Shown one piece after another: positions 9,950 through 19,633 of a stretch of 64,000 nt of DNA. The DNA lies in IMG/VR virus record IMGVR_UViG_3300010938_000026; one strand, 5' to 3'. Source of the DNA: an uncultured virus (IMG/VR IMGVR_UViG_3300010938_000026). Its lineage: Duplodnaviria; Heunggongvirae; Uroviricota; Caudoviricetes. The position numbers and the translations under genes were made by a program. The notes under the pieces were generated by a model. That model worked only from the letters and a program-made list of their open reading frames with translations, was not told where the DNA came from and did no database searches. Every line of letters begins with the position of its first letter. Within the stretch, counting starts at the first letter, position 1.

Positions 9950-10163
9950 ATACGATTTTCTACGCGACCCGCCAAAAACCGATTCCCGAAGTTGTTGCGG
10001 AGACGGGTATCATATTGATTATGAGGAGATAAACAGGCGCCTCAATCAGCTCAACGACGCCTCTGAGCTGCTGAAATACCTTGAGACGCAATATTTCCGG
10101 GTGGTCTATTCGCACGAGAAGGCCACAATCGAAGTCGCCATGATCCTGGAGTTCCCAAAATGA
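9861..10163 (+). CDS. Hypothetical protein
   Basis: 100-aa ORF, ATGA-coupled to the next gene. Confidence 0.5.
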   Translation: MLRTGMTSNSSIKLSEVAILTLINSPLAHKYDFLRDPPKTDSRSCCGDGYHIDYEEINRRLNQLNDASELLKYLETQYFRVVYSHEKATIEVAMILEFPK

Positions 10164-10807
10164 GTACAGATTTACAGGTTAAGGTGCAGCAGGCGCTGCA
10201 AGATGAGGAAATTACGGCCACACAATTGCTAATTCGCCATCCGGAATTCATGGATGACGACCCGGCGGCCATTGAGCACATGTTCCGACGTTTTGGGTAT
10301 TCTGGGCAGGCATATAACAAGTACATGGCTGGGGTAGAAATAATTAAGACCAACAGGTATTGGAAACACCTGCCGTCTTTCCTGACGCTTGCGCATGCCA
10401 TCACCTACGGTCACGTTTATGCCGGAGAACTGATTATGACCACGATGGAAGCTGCCAGCTGGTCCGTCGTGGAAGCGGTACTCTTATGCCCGGACGTTTC
10501 GTTGGAGGAATGCGAATTTACGAGCGACATCAAAGCGTATATCGTAACCCGTGCTAAATACGAGAACCAGTTCGGCCTAACACTTAGCTCCTTTATTGAC
10601 GACGACGAAATAAAGAAAATTGACTCGCCACACTTGAACACTTGGTTAGTTACCAGGACACAGGAGCTGCTGGGGGCCATTAAAAAGGAATTCAAACGCA
10701 GACGTGAGGAAATCAATTTACAAAGCATCAACGATTTACGCCGGAAACTCTCCCTGGTCTTCCCGCCCGACCTCAAGCTCATCAAGTACCTCGACGCTGC
10801 GACCTAA
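10160..10807 (+). CDS. Hypothetical protein
   Basis: 215-aa ORF; overlaps the convergent minus-strand gene by 72 bp. Confidence 0.65.
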   Translation: MSTDLQVKVQQALQDEEITATQLLIRHPEFMDDDPAAIEHMFRRFGYSGQAYNKYMAGVEIIKTNRYWKHLPSFLTLAHAITYGHVYAGELIMTTMEAASWSVVEAVLLCPDVSLEECEFTSDIKAYIVTRAKYENQFGLTLSSFIDDDEIKKIDSPHLNTWLVTRTQELLGAIKKEFKRRREEINLQSINDLRRKLSLVFPPDLKLIKYLDAAT

Positions 10808-13111
10808 TTCGCGGATCTTCGTAAGTACAGTCTCGGTAATATTACGAGGGAGTACCTCTTCCGCGTATTGAGCCAACTCGTCCTGAGTAATGGAGAATTT
10901 TAATCCTGAGATTATTTTTTGAAGTACGTGAAATCGTGTTTTCAGGCCAGAGACTTTGGCTACTGGATCACGCAGATACACGAACCCTTCGCGCAGCGAG
11001 CGCTTGTGCCCAACAGGACCCTCCATTGCGTTGGCCATGTTGTAGAGAAATGTAGTGATACTCGTGTCACTCGGCTTGAAATCGCTGTAACTCTCAATGG
11101 CCCACGCGAGAAGTGAGCTAAATACCTTGGGCAAACGATCCGCTTGTACCGACGCTGGGTCTATTTGTACCAGCATTACGTTGTGGACGAACGGGTTAAT
11201 CAAGCCAGGCTTACGGAAGAGAACCACGCCAGGGCCGTGCTTCAAGATATGTTCATAAGGTAATTGTAGACTGGCCACAACCAAGGGCCATCCTGGGGCG
11301 TATCTGGATACGACTTGCTCCAGCACCCGATCCGGTTCGTGGCCCAAAATGACATCTATACCGCATTGGGTGAACGCCTCATGCAGGTCACGGGGGAAGA
11401 CATCGGTCAGAATTACCAAGGAATACGGAGTCTTTCCGAGAAGTTGCATCAGTGGAATACCACACAAGGTCAGGGCAAGCCTGGCTGTCTGAACTTCTTG
11501 TTGGGTGTTTAGCGTCAAATACCCGGTATCGTAATTCGCTACAAATTCCGGGGCTGAGGGTATGGTGCAGGCAGACATGGGCGGCCGCCCGGGTTGCAAA
11601 ATTTGGTATTTAAGTCGGATCCCGTCCGGTGTAATGGACGGGACATGTTCTATATGCTGGTTATCCCCGATAAGTACTGCTAGCTCCCAGAGAAGACGCA
11701 GAAATTTTGGATCGTGGCCGATAATTACACGGGGATATTGCTTCAGAAAAGCCATCGGTAATGATGCCATCATGCGCTTCTTAGATGCATTAGGGACTGA
11801 TACATCGAAATTCTGGCCGTATGCCCGGACGGTGAACACATGGCTCGTCGGTGTAACCACTTGTAAAGCCGGGATGTAATTGCTGATGTATGTGTTTTTA
11901 TAAATAATGCCCGATTCCGTGACCTGCACAGTGACGTTAGCCAGCGCCACGTCGCGGTTTAAGAGCGCCTGGAATCGTCCCTCAATACGTTCGTAATAGC
12001 TGGCTAGCCGCGCGAATTCCTGTGTTTTGCTCAGATTTACGGGCAGCGAGAACGGCTGCCGGTGCTTGATCGTGTTGTTGATGAAGTGCAGAATGGTTTC
12101 TGGTGCCTTAGAGAAGTTGATGAGCTCTTGGAGACACGTGGTTGCGTTACGCATGGATACGCCACCAACGTAAGTCCGTGCTCCGATGCTTATGGCATAC
12201 TTGTACCAATGGTAGTCCGGCTGCGGTACATATATGACGAGTGTACGCGAGGTAGCAGGAGCCTCGGTTGTGCTGAACACGTATTTCCGTCCGTTACAAT
12301 ATCCAAGACCGCGGTACGCCAAGAATATGGGCGGTAACTTCCCTACGCCGCAAATACTGCTGGACAAAAGGCTCAGGTAATCTTGGGGAGTGGTGAAGCC
12401 AATCAAGTAATTGTCTATAAGCCGGTTAAATACCCCAGGAACCACAAAATTCGGACAGCCGCCAAGACCGGTACCACGACCGATCTGGCGGGCCGTGTAA
12501 TAGAACGTCTGGCGCGGATTGAAAATTAAAAAACCGCATACCCGTTCGACCGCCGAATAAAATGGCATAACAGCGACCATTTCCGTTCTCAGACTGGTCG
12601 CTGGAAAATCCTCCAGCACTTCGGTGAGTTCAGACACCGGCAGGACCAGCAGGCATTTCTCCACAAGATCGGCATAGGACGGGTCTATGCCCGGAGTTGA
12701 CCACCACGTGGTAATGCTGCGCAGATAAGAACCCACTTTTGCCCGGAAGCGCCGGCGCAGCTCCTCGTAGATTTTCTGCAGGCGGTCGATTTCGCTGGTA
12801 TAACGGGAATACACCTCGAAGTGGTCGGGCGTAATCGGGCGGGCGGTGAGCTTGTTCGTGTTGAAATATTCAGCGGCAACCGTGTAATCCAAATAGCCAT
12901 GCTGCTTGGCCATATCCAAGAGCACCTGAATGGCATCGTCCGTTCGCTTGCAATTAGGACAATGGATTGCTACACTTCCCGAGCACAGGTCTAGGTGTGC
13001 TGCCCCATGACTGTTACAATAAAAGCATGGGATTGCATTAGGAAGAATCCGTTCCTTCGATCCGAGAAATTCGAGGACTGTACCGACATTCAGCTGGATG
13101 GGTAAAAACAT
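10736..13111 (-). CDS. Large protein with N-terminal Zn ribbon and degenerate DnaG/TOPRIM-like region
   Basis: CFYC...HCPNC; VMPFYSAVERVCGF resembles the DnaG core (FPI.d..g.vvGF); IGFTTPQDYLSL aligns with TOPRIM vEG.mD but lacks the Glu. Confidence 0.5.
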   Translation of the reverse strand: MFLPIQLNVGTVLEFLGSKERILPNAIPCFYCNSHGAAHLDLCSGSVAIHCPNCKRTDDAIQVLLDMAKQHGYLDYTVAAEYFNTNKLTARPITPDHFEVYSRYTSEIDRLQKIYEELRRRFRAKVGSYLRSITTWWSTPGIDPSYADLVEKCLLVLPVSELTEVLEDFPATSLRTEMVAVMPFYSAVERVCGFLIFNPRQTFYYTARQIGRGTGLGGCPNFVVPGVFNRLIDNYLIGFTTPQDYLSLLSSSICGVGKLPPIFLAYRGLGYCNGRKYVFSTTEAPATSRTLVIYVPQPDYHWYKYAISIGARTYVGGVSMRNATTCLQELINFSKAPETILHFINNTIKHRQPFSLPVNLSKTQEFARLASYYERIEGRFQALLNRDVALANVTVQVTESGIIYKNTYISNYIPALQVVTPTSHVFTVRAYGQNFDVSVPNASKKRMMASLPMAFLKQYPRVIIGHDPKFLRLLWELAVLIGDNQHIEHVPSITPDGIRLKYQILQPGRPPMSACTIPSAPEFVANYDTGYLTLNTQQEVQTARLALTLCGIPLMQLLGKTPYSLVILTDVFPRDLHEAFTQCGIDVILGHEPDRVLEQVVSRYAPGWPLVVASLQLPYEHILKHGPGVVLFRKPGLINPFVHNVMLVQIDPASVQADRLPKVFSSLLAWAIESYSDFKPSDTSITTFLYNMANAMEGPVGHKRSLREGFVYLRDPVAKVSGLKTRFHVLQKIISGLKFSITQDELAQYAEEVLPRNITETVLTKIRELGRSVEVLDELEVGREDQGEFPA

Positions 13112-14183
13112 GGCGAATTACAGCTACGCGCAACTCTACAGGTTGATGAAACGGTATCCTTTACCGGACTTCGTCAAGAAAGCGTCGCTGCAAGAGCTTG
13201 AGCATGACGAATTGCCCGCAAATTTATACGCCGACGACCGGCTCCGCTTGTATCCATGTCACACTCCTGCCGCCACGGTTATTGCTGCAGCTCAATTCTG
13301 CGAGGACAAAAATCAGTATAGCAAAGAACGCCAAGCATATATTGTCCAGGGTCTGTTAAAGCACGCAAGCGAGCAGGGTATCTATCACACCGTAAAGGGA
13401 ATTCTGGAATACAGGCCGCCCGAAGAGCCTATTGAATACGCATGGGAGCATGAGGGACGCAAATTGTTTCCGATGCGCAACGAGAAAGAAGCGTCCGCTG
13501 TCGTAGATTATCTCGTGCAGCACTGGCGCAAGATTGCATCCGATGTGCGCGAGGCGATTGCGAAAAACGCGCTCCACATCCTTGCGAAGCATCGTTACAA
13601 CATTGGACCCAAGCGCACCACGCTGGAAAAACTCGCGTTTGCCGGATTAGTGGATAAAGAACGGTTGCTTCAACATGTCAAAACCGCGTCCGCCTCGATA
13701 CCGGCACGGAAGCCGTCTTTTGAGATAGATTCATACAAGGACGAAAACTGGTACATGTTGCTACCGCAGCTGCAGAAAGAGCTGGAGCATACCCCCGTTT
13801 ACGATCAAGAACGCTTACGCCTTTTGTGTAAAGCAGCCTCCCAGATCTTAGGCGAAATTGGAGCAGTCAAGCAGCCGATCGAACTGGAGACAATTTTGAC
13901 TCCATCCGAGGTAAATGCCGTAGCAGACACGTACATCGAATTACCAAACGGGAAGCTGTACAAGCGGGCAGACTTCCGAAATCTCACAGCCAGTGACTTG
14001 GAAGATTGGTTTGGTCCGAGATTCCAAACTGCTATCCGAGGAGGTGTTGTAAACTATGACTGGCTGTTGAAAGAGGCTATGTTCTTGACCCCACAAGAGG
14101 CTGAACGTGTTAGCGAATTGCTGGCTGAGAAGGGTGTACGACCCCTTTCGACGACGACGGTTCCTCTGGAAGTTCCTCTCTAA
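13098..14183 (+). CDS. Hypothetical phage protein with two R-x-[YF]-P-x-[HR] repeats (alternative start 13110)
   Basis: RLYPCHTPAATVIAAAQF and RKLFPMRNEKEASAVVDYL are internal repeats of a type seen in large-phage proteins. Confidence 0.6.
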   Translation: MGKNMANYSYAQLYRLMKRYPLPDFVKKASLQELEHDELPANLYADDRLRLYPCHTPAATVIAAAQFCEDKNQYSKERQAYIVQGLLKHASEQGIYHTVKGILEYRPPEEPIEYAWEHEGRKLFPMRNEKEASAVVDYLVQHWRKIASDVREAIAKNALHILAKHRYNIGPKRTTLEKLAFAGLVDKERLLQHVKTASASIPARKPSFEIDSYKDENWYMLLPQLQKELEHTPVYDQERLRLLCKAASQILGEIGAVKQPIELETILTPSEVNAVADTYIELPNGKLYKRADFRNLTASDLEDWFGPRFQTAIRGGVVNYDWLLKEAMFLTPQEAERVSELLAEKGVRPLSTTTVPLEVPL

Positions 14184-15895
14184 TCGTGCACGGAGAGCAC
14201 TGGCCAGCTGCCGGTTGCATGCCACAATGAGACGCAAGCCATGGCCGTACAGGCGGCAAAGTCATCACAACTTTTCTTGAGCTTGATTATGCGATAAGAT
14301 TCGCGCCCTGACGGGGTGACAGTACGTTCTTCGCGCAGGACGATGAAGTCGTTTAACAGTTTCTGCCCTTCGTCATATTCACCCCGGAAGAAGCGAATCC
14401 GCTGTTCCTTGATGGCGGCAGAAACGAATTGATACGCTTTGGTTTTATCCATCTTATAGAACGTGCGGTTCTTCGCCGTATTCTGGACAGGGATAAACAT
14501 AAAATGCGTGCTGCTGCCGACGAAATACACGGGGAGGACAAATCGCTCGGATAATCCCCATTCAAATAAATATGCTTCTCGAACACTCCCGGCATTTGTG
14601 TAGTCATGGACGACAAAAGACGGGCGTAGTGCAGTAATGTAATTCATAAGGATACGCGATTCATCGCGCGGGGACGTGTGATTAAAGATCCGCCCGCCGA
14701 ATAATACATCGATGGTTCCATTAGGGTGCAGGCCAGCGAATGCAAATGTCGTTAAGCTGAGCCCTTCTTGGCCGCCGCCGCCCCAGTCTATGGCCAGTGC
14801 GCAGTGCCGGTATTGTGGACGCATACGGAGGGCTTCATCAAAGTCATTCGCGCCCAGGGTAGATGCACTCAAAAGGTCGGCGGAGCTTAAAAGCGCAGCG
14901 GCCTCGTCGTAACTTTCTCCCAGAACTTCGTTGACGAAGCGGAAGCGTGGCGTTGGACCTTTACCAGCATGCTTGTCTAAGAGCTCTTTCCAAGATCGGA
15001 ACCGGCTAAAGTCAGCATAATGCATTGGCATAATTACTTGGGACACGTGATATCCGTCAAACTCTCCGCGCTTCTGCGGGAACCTGGGCACCCACTTTCC
15101 ACGTCTTGGGTTGATTGGTTTACCGCAACGAGCGCAGATAGTAGCGGGAGACTTTTCTGAAATGTCCTCCCGCAACGGGCCAATCATGCGTTCCAAATGT
15201 TGATCCAAACATGCGATGTTGTAAAACGAGCAGCTGTCACATTTGATTACGAGTTCACACGCAGAGCTTTCTTGCCAGAGTTGTTCAATCGTGTTGTCTA
15301 ACGAGAGAGGTGTACCTGTAAAAACTTCTAAACGCCAGTTTGAAGCTGTAAGTGTTTCACGAATTACAGGAATGTTGTCTAGATCAAAATCTTGAACTTC
15401 GTCGATCAATAACATGTCGTTTGAGTAAGAACGTGTACGTGATGCATCCAGTTGGGCGTAAAGAAAAACAATTCGAGAACCATTTTTGAATTCTTTGTAG
15501 AGCGTTGCTTTTGCACACTGTGGATCTACATAACGGTCACGAACGGGTGAAGTCAGGATAAACGGCTTCACATATTTATTGCTGATATTCGTGACTTGCG
15601 ACTTGATGGGTGTAACGAGCATTATTTTGAAGTGAGGAATGGCGAATGCGCGTATCACCACGGCGGCTGCGATGGTGGTGGACTTCCCTACTTGCCGTCC
15701 GGCCTTGATGAGCGTACGCTTCGCCAGGGTCCGCTTCAATAATGGCCTCAATGGGAAATGCTGTTCCAAGGTGAACGGTTGGTCATCAAGTCGTAAAAGA
15801 GCTGCGCATAGCGGCTCGAGGGAGCAGTTCGTCGGCGAGGTTAACCCGCGACGTAACTGATCGAGATAAAGGTCTATCTCATGGCTAGTAGACAT
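14180..15895 (-). CDS. terL: Terminase large subunit (GpA-like)
   Basis: Walker A KAGRQVGKST; Walker B LLIDEVQD; coupling motif FTGTP; CxxC...CxxC; GYHVSQ; FVNEVLGESY; nuclease motif AIDWG. Confidence 0.92.
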   Translation of the reverse strand: MSTSHEIDLYLDQLRRGLTSPTNCSLEPLCAALLRLDDQPFTLEQHFPLRPLLKRTLAKRTLIKAGRQVGKSTTIAAAVVIRAFAIPHFKIMLVTPIKSQVTNISNKYVKPFILTSPVRDRYVDPQCAKATLYKEFKNGSRIVFLYAQLDASRTRSYSNDMLLIDEVQDFDLDNIPVIRETLTASNWRLEVFTGTPLSLDNTIEQLWQESSACELVIKCDSCSFYNIACLDQHLERMIGPLREDISEKSPATICARCGKPINPRRGKWVPRFPQKRGEFDGYHVSQVIMPMHYADFSRFRSWKELLDKHAGKGPTPRFRFVNEVLGESYDEAAALLSSADLLSASTLGANDFDEALRMRPQYRHCALAIDWGGGGQEGLSLTTFAFAGLHPNGTIDVLFGGRIFNHTSPRDESRILMNYITALRPSFVVHDYTNAGSVREAYLFEWGLSERFVLPVYFVGSSTHFMFIPVQNTAKNRTFYKMDKTKAYQFVSAAIKEQRIRFFRGEYDEGQKLLNDFIVLREERTVTPSGRESYRIIKLKKSCDDFAACTAMACVSLWHATGSWPVLSVHD

Positions 15896-16045
15896 ACGCC
15901 ATCTGACGACAATGCATTCGCATCCTTAGCCCTACTGGCAGTATTGGGCGTAGTATGCGGAGTCATTGATCCTATCGGAGGTACGGTGGCTGCTGTCTGG
16001 TTGGGGATTTGTGCCCTCCTCGATGAAGGCCACCGGAAATCCTAA
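15881..16045 (+). CDS. Small putative two-TM membrane protein (54 aa, not in the ORF track)
   Basis: Hand translation MASRHTPSDDNAFASLALLAVLGVVCGVIDPIGGTVAAVWLGICALLDEGHRKS*. Confidence 0.5.
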   Translation: MASRHTPSDDNAFASLALLAVLGVVCGVIDPIGGTVAAVWLGICALLDEGHRKS

Positions 16046-16064
16046 TCGCACCATCGGTTAGCAC

Positions 16065-16094
16065 CTCAGCCGCAGGCCGATGCCTGCGGCTGAG
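16065..16094. repeat. Perfect 13-bp inverted repeat (hairpin, no U-tract)
   Basis: CTCAGCCGCAGGC-cgat-GCCTGCGGCTGAG. Confidence 0.85.
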
Positions 16095-16097
16095 TTG

Positions 16098-16106
16098 TGC
16101 TATACT
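16098..16106 (+). promoter_or_regulatory. Putative extended -10 promoter of the replication operon
   Basis: TGcTATACT about 25 nt upstream of the first operon ORF. Confidence 0.5.
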
Positions 16107-16128
16107 ATACTTTAGTCCATAGAACGAA

Positions 16129-16596
16129 GTGACACAAGTATCGGAACGACAATGGGATAAAGCGATGTCGGATCTCTTGAGCCGAATACTTACCGGGTCT
16201 GATCAGAAACGTTGCATCAAAGATGCCCGTGCGCTGGAGACCGTGCAAATACCGTACGATACAGCGGGGTACTTGGGCACGCAATTACTTTTGCCGTTCG
16301 TTTTGAAAGAAGATTTACCGCCTGGCGGTTCGGCGGATGCCACGATTCATGTCTTTGATCCCACCGGTACAACCTGGACCTATGAAGCTAAAGTTTATGA
16401 TGATTTCAGGATCGGTTTCTACGGTAGCAAGGGCGCCAAGGGCGTCGTCTTCAAATATTACAACGGACCACGCCGTCGTCCTGGTGCATTGTCTGAGGCG
16501 CATCCGGTCGACAAGACTATGTTCCGCCATGCAATAGTCAATATGCAATGCGGCACCAGTCCACCCCCTAGTTCTGACTCACCAGGCGGCTCATAA
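16129..16596 (+). CDS. Hypothetical protein
   Basis: 155-aa ORF at the head of the operon. Confidence 0.55.
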   Translation: MTQVSERQWDKAMSDLLSRILTGSDQKRCIKDARALETVQIPYDTAGYLGTQLLLPFVLKEDLPPGGSADATIHVFDPTGTTWTYEAKVYDDFRIGFYGSKGAKGVVFKYYNGPRRRPGALSEAHPVDKTMFRHAIVNMQCGTSPPPSSDSPGGS

Positions 16597-16632
16597 CCGC
16601 CACTTTTTAGCTTTTTTTCCTAGGAGACATGT

Positions 16633-17709
16633 ATGGGAGGTATTCTGTTTACTGCTGATTGGCACATCAAGCATACAGATCGTATCTGGGCACACCGCCC
16701 CCAGATTACAGGAGATTTGCAGTGTGCCATGCAGCAAGTTATTCAGTATCTCGAACAGAGGGAGCCGGAAGCGGTCATCCTTTGTGGGGATATATTTGAT
16801 AAGCCAACCGTAACGGCCTTTGGGCTGCATATTTTCTTGGAGTTTCTGCGTGTGTGCCAAAAGGTTGGCGCGAAAGTGTACTTTGTCCAAGGACAGCATG
16901 AATGGAGCGAGCCGCCGCTCCTGCGAAGCATTAGTGCTCACTGCGAACACCTGCACAACAGGCGTATTTACGCAAATTCCACGTATGTGTACGGACTGGA
17001 TATTATGCGCGATCCGCCGGAGAAACCTCTGGACATCGCGGCGGACATACTGGTAACCCATCAAGTATGGAAGGAATTCATTCCGGTAGCCGGGGTACTA
17101 TCCCTTGACATGGTCGTGGGTCCGTCCGTGGTTGTGTCCGGAGATTATCATGTCCCATGTGAACGTACATACGACAGCGGCGTGACACTTATTTCTCCAG
17201 GACCACTCGTCCCGCAGGCGCTGGATCAGATTCATGACAAGTCCTTGGTGTATTTGGAAGGAGACTCATTTGTACGCCTACCGATAAAGGCGCGTAAAAT
17301 TTTCCGCATCGCGTTGAAGGTGCCACAACACGTTGAGAATTTCATAAAGGAGTTTAAGCAGGGGAATTATCTCACACCCGACTATCCCGACCCTATCCGC
17401 CAGCCAGTGATCGTTATTGACTACGAACCCGATCTGAAGGCTATGGCGGAAATCCGCGCGTTAGTGGGGGAGCAGGCATTCTTAATCGTCAATCCTTCTC
17501 CGGGTGAGGATATGGCGACCACCGCATCCCCATTGACAGAGTTACCAAGTGTGGAATCGTTGATTGCGGAACTCGCCGGTGACAATAAGCTAATTGCTGA
17601 CTTGGCCTTATCCTACTGGCGAGCAGGGTTAGGACCGATCAGGTCGTATTTTGAAACGGACGAGCTGAAAGGGTTCTTGGATGAAAGTAAAACGCGCACG
17701 CCTAAATAA
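16633..17709 (+). CDS. sbcD: Mre11/SbcD-like (T4 gp47-like) metallophosphoesterase nuclease
   Basis: TADWH, CGDIFD, GQHE (GNH variant), VTHQ, SGDYH; AGGAG SD. Confidence 0.9.
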   Translation: MGGILFTADWHIKHTDRIWAHRPQITGDLQCAMQQVIQYLEQREPEAVILCGDIFDKPTVTAFGLHIFLEFLRVCQKVGAKVYFVQGQHEWSEPPLLRSISAHCEHLHNRRIYANSTYVYGLDIMRDPPEKPLDIAADILVTHQVWKEFIPVAGVLSLDMVVGPSVVVSGDYHVPCERTYDSGVTLISPGPLVPQALDQIHDKSLVYLEGDSFVRLPIKARKIFRIALKVPQHVENFIKEFKQGNYLTPDYPDPIRQPVIVIDYEPDLKAMAEIRALVGEQAFLIVNPSPGEDMATTASPLTELPSVESLIAELAGDNKLIADLALSYWRAGLGPIRSYFETDELKGFLDESKTRTPK

Positions 17710-19633
17710 TATGTTCCAATATCGCGACTTCGAGGTGGAGTTCACATCAGGCATCAACCTGATTGTGGGCCCTAACGGTGTCGGGAAGAGCAATTTGCTC
17801 AACAGTATCAAATTTGCCTTAACTGGGGAGACGCCGTTCAAGAAGCAGCTCTGCGCCAACGTGATGGCAGGAGAGGATGCTGTGTGCTGTGTCGAGATTG
17901 AAGGTGAGCATCACGGCGACTTCCTAATCCATCGTGACCTTCATCGTCCGGCGCAAGCGAAATTCAAACACGCTTCTGGTACAGTTAAGGGAGCCAACCA
18001 AGTCACGAAGGCTATCACAGAATTACTGGGGATTTCCATTGCTCATTTGACCGATCATGTCTTCATCCCCCAGGGCAAGCTACGTGCATTCATTGACAGC
18101 ACGCCGAACGAGCGTTTGGAGCTCATTAGCCAGCTTTTGGACCTGAACGAGATCGAAGCGCGCTGGCAAGCATTAGGCGACTACATCAACAGCGCCAGAG
18201 CTATCGAGTTAATCGACTACGCCACCGAGTTGAATACGCTCGCCAGGGCTGAGAAGGAGCTTGAGGACATGGCCAAAGTCGATGCCTCGCTGGTACACGT
18301 GCAGGATAATCTGCATCGCAAGCTGGTCGATGCCAGAACGCGCCTGCAAACCGCCCAGCAAATGCTGCAACGTCAGGAAGCGAAATTACAGCACTGCCAA
18401 GCGACTTTGGAGAAGGAAAAGGCCAGGGTTGGTTTCACCGAAAATCCGAAGCTGGAACCGTGGCTCCCACATCTGGTAGGTGTGCGGCAATACTACGATG
18501 TGCTGAAGCGGCTACATGATCAGCTCAAACGGCGTGCACCCATGCAACCCAAAGTGGAGCAGGTTCATCTGGATTATGTTGCTGATAAGAAATCGAAAGC
18601 AGAAAGCATGGTGAAATTCTACGGCAGCGCAGTCCAAGTGGCCAGCGCCAGCGGCGAGTGTCTATTGTGTGGCTCCACGATTGACCCGGACACGTTGCAG
18701 GCCCGAATCGACGAAGCGCGAACACGCCTGATGGAGGAGATTTCCGAACTGCATGATACCTATATTACGCTCAAAGACATTCAACGGAAGCGCCGCGAAG
18801 CCGTCGAAGACCGTGAGCGCATTCGTCAGCTAATAGCCCAACTGCGAACGTTCCGTACCACATTGCCAGCGAACCCGCCAGAGCTAGCGATGCTGGAGGC
18901 TTATGCCAAGCAAAAGGCGGAATGGGAACAGGTACAGAAAGGTCTTGCTGAACTTCTCAGCGAAATTGAGAAAGCCCAGCAAAATATCACTAGCTCCAAA
19001 GCAGTAATCGAGAGTCTAGAAAAGGAAATCCGTGCAACGGAAGAACATATCATTTTCAGTAAAGCAGACGTAGACCGGCAGCTTACCGCATTAAAACGCC
19101 GGGAAGAGTTACTTACCCAGATAAGCCTATTGAAAAGCTTCCGCGAGAAGCAGACAAAACTCGATGCTGCTAAGGAGCGGTTGCATACTTTGGTTCAGGT
19201 ACGGGAGATTTTTCACCGGCGCAATTTAATTACCCGCATAATAACGGGTTACGTAAATACCCTGTCTTCTCGCATAAATAAACTGCTGGCAGAAATTAGT
19301 ATGCCATATACCGTGTCTATCACGCCGGAAATGGCATGCGTGGTAACGTACAGCGATGGTAGAATCATATCTGAGGGAATGCTATCGTACGGAGAGCAGT
19401 TGGCGCTATCGTTGTGCTATCACCTGGCGGTCAACCAGGTCCACAATTTACATTTTGTGGTCCTGGATGAGCCGACATTGGGGCTGGATGAGCACCGAAT
19501 CAGCCAAGTGCCGGAATTGCTGACGCGATTTGCGGAAGTGCAGGGAGATCGGTTTCAGATCCTCTGCTGCACACATGAACGGGACTTGCTGAAATGTGCT
19601 CATAACGTAATCGAGCTGAGAGGTGCAACATGA
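17681..19633 (+). CDS. sbcC: Rad50/SbcC-like (T4 gp46-like) ATPase
   Basis: Walker A GPNGVGKS; Q-loop FIPQG; coiled coils with CLLCG zinc hook; signature LSYGE; Walker B VLDEPT; H-loop CTH. Confidence 0.93.
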   Translation: MKVKRARLNNMFQYRDFEVEFTSGINLIVGPNGVGKSNLLNSIKFALTGETPFKKQLCANVMAGEDAVCCVEIEGEHHGDFLIHRDLHRPAQAKFKHASGTVKGANQVTKAITELLGISIAHLTDHVFIPQGKLRAFIDSTPNERLELISQLLDLNEIEARWQALGDYINSARAIELIDYATELNTLARAEKELEDMAKVDASLVHVQDNLHRKLVDARTRLQTAQQMLQRQEAKLQHCQATLEKEKARVGFTENPKLEPWLPHLVGVRQYYDVLKRLHDQLKRRAPMQPKVEQVHLDYVADKKSKAESMVKFYGSAVQVASASGECLLCGSTIDPDTLQARIDEARTRLMEEISELHDTYITLKDIQRKRREAVEDRERIRQLIAQLRTFRTTLPANPPELAMLEAYAKQKAEWEQVQKGLAELLSEIEKAQQNITSSKAVIESLEKEIRATEEHIIFSKADVDRQLTALKRREELLTQISLLKSFREKQTKLDAAKERLHTLVQVREIFHRRNLITRIITGYVNTLSSRINKLLAEISMPYTVSITPEMACVVTYSDGRIISEGMLSYGEQLALSLCYHLAVNQVHNLHFVVLDEPTLGLDEHRISQVPELLTRFAEVQGDRFQILCCTHERDLLKCAHNVIELRGAT

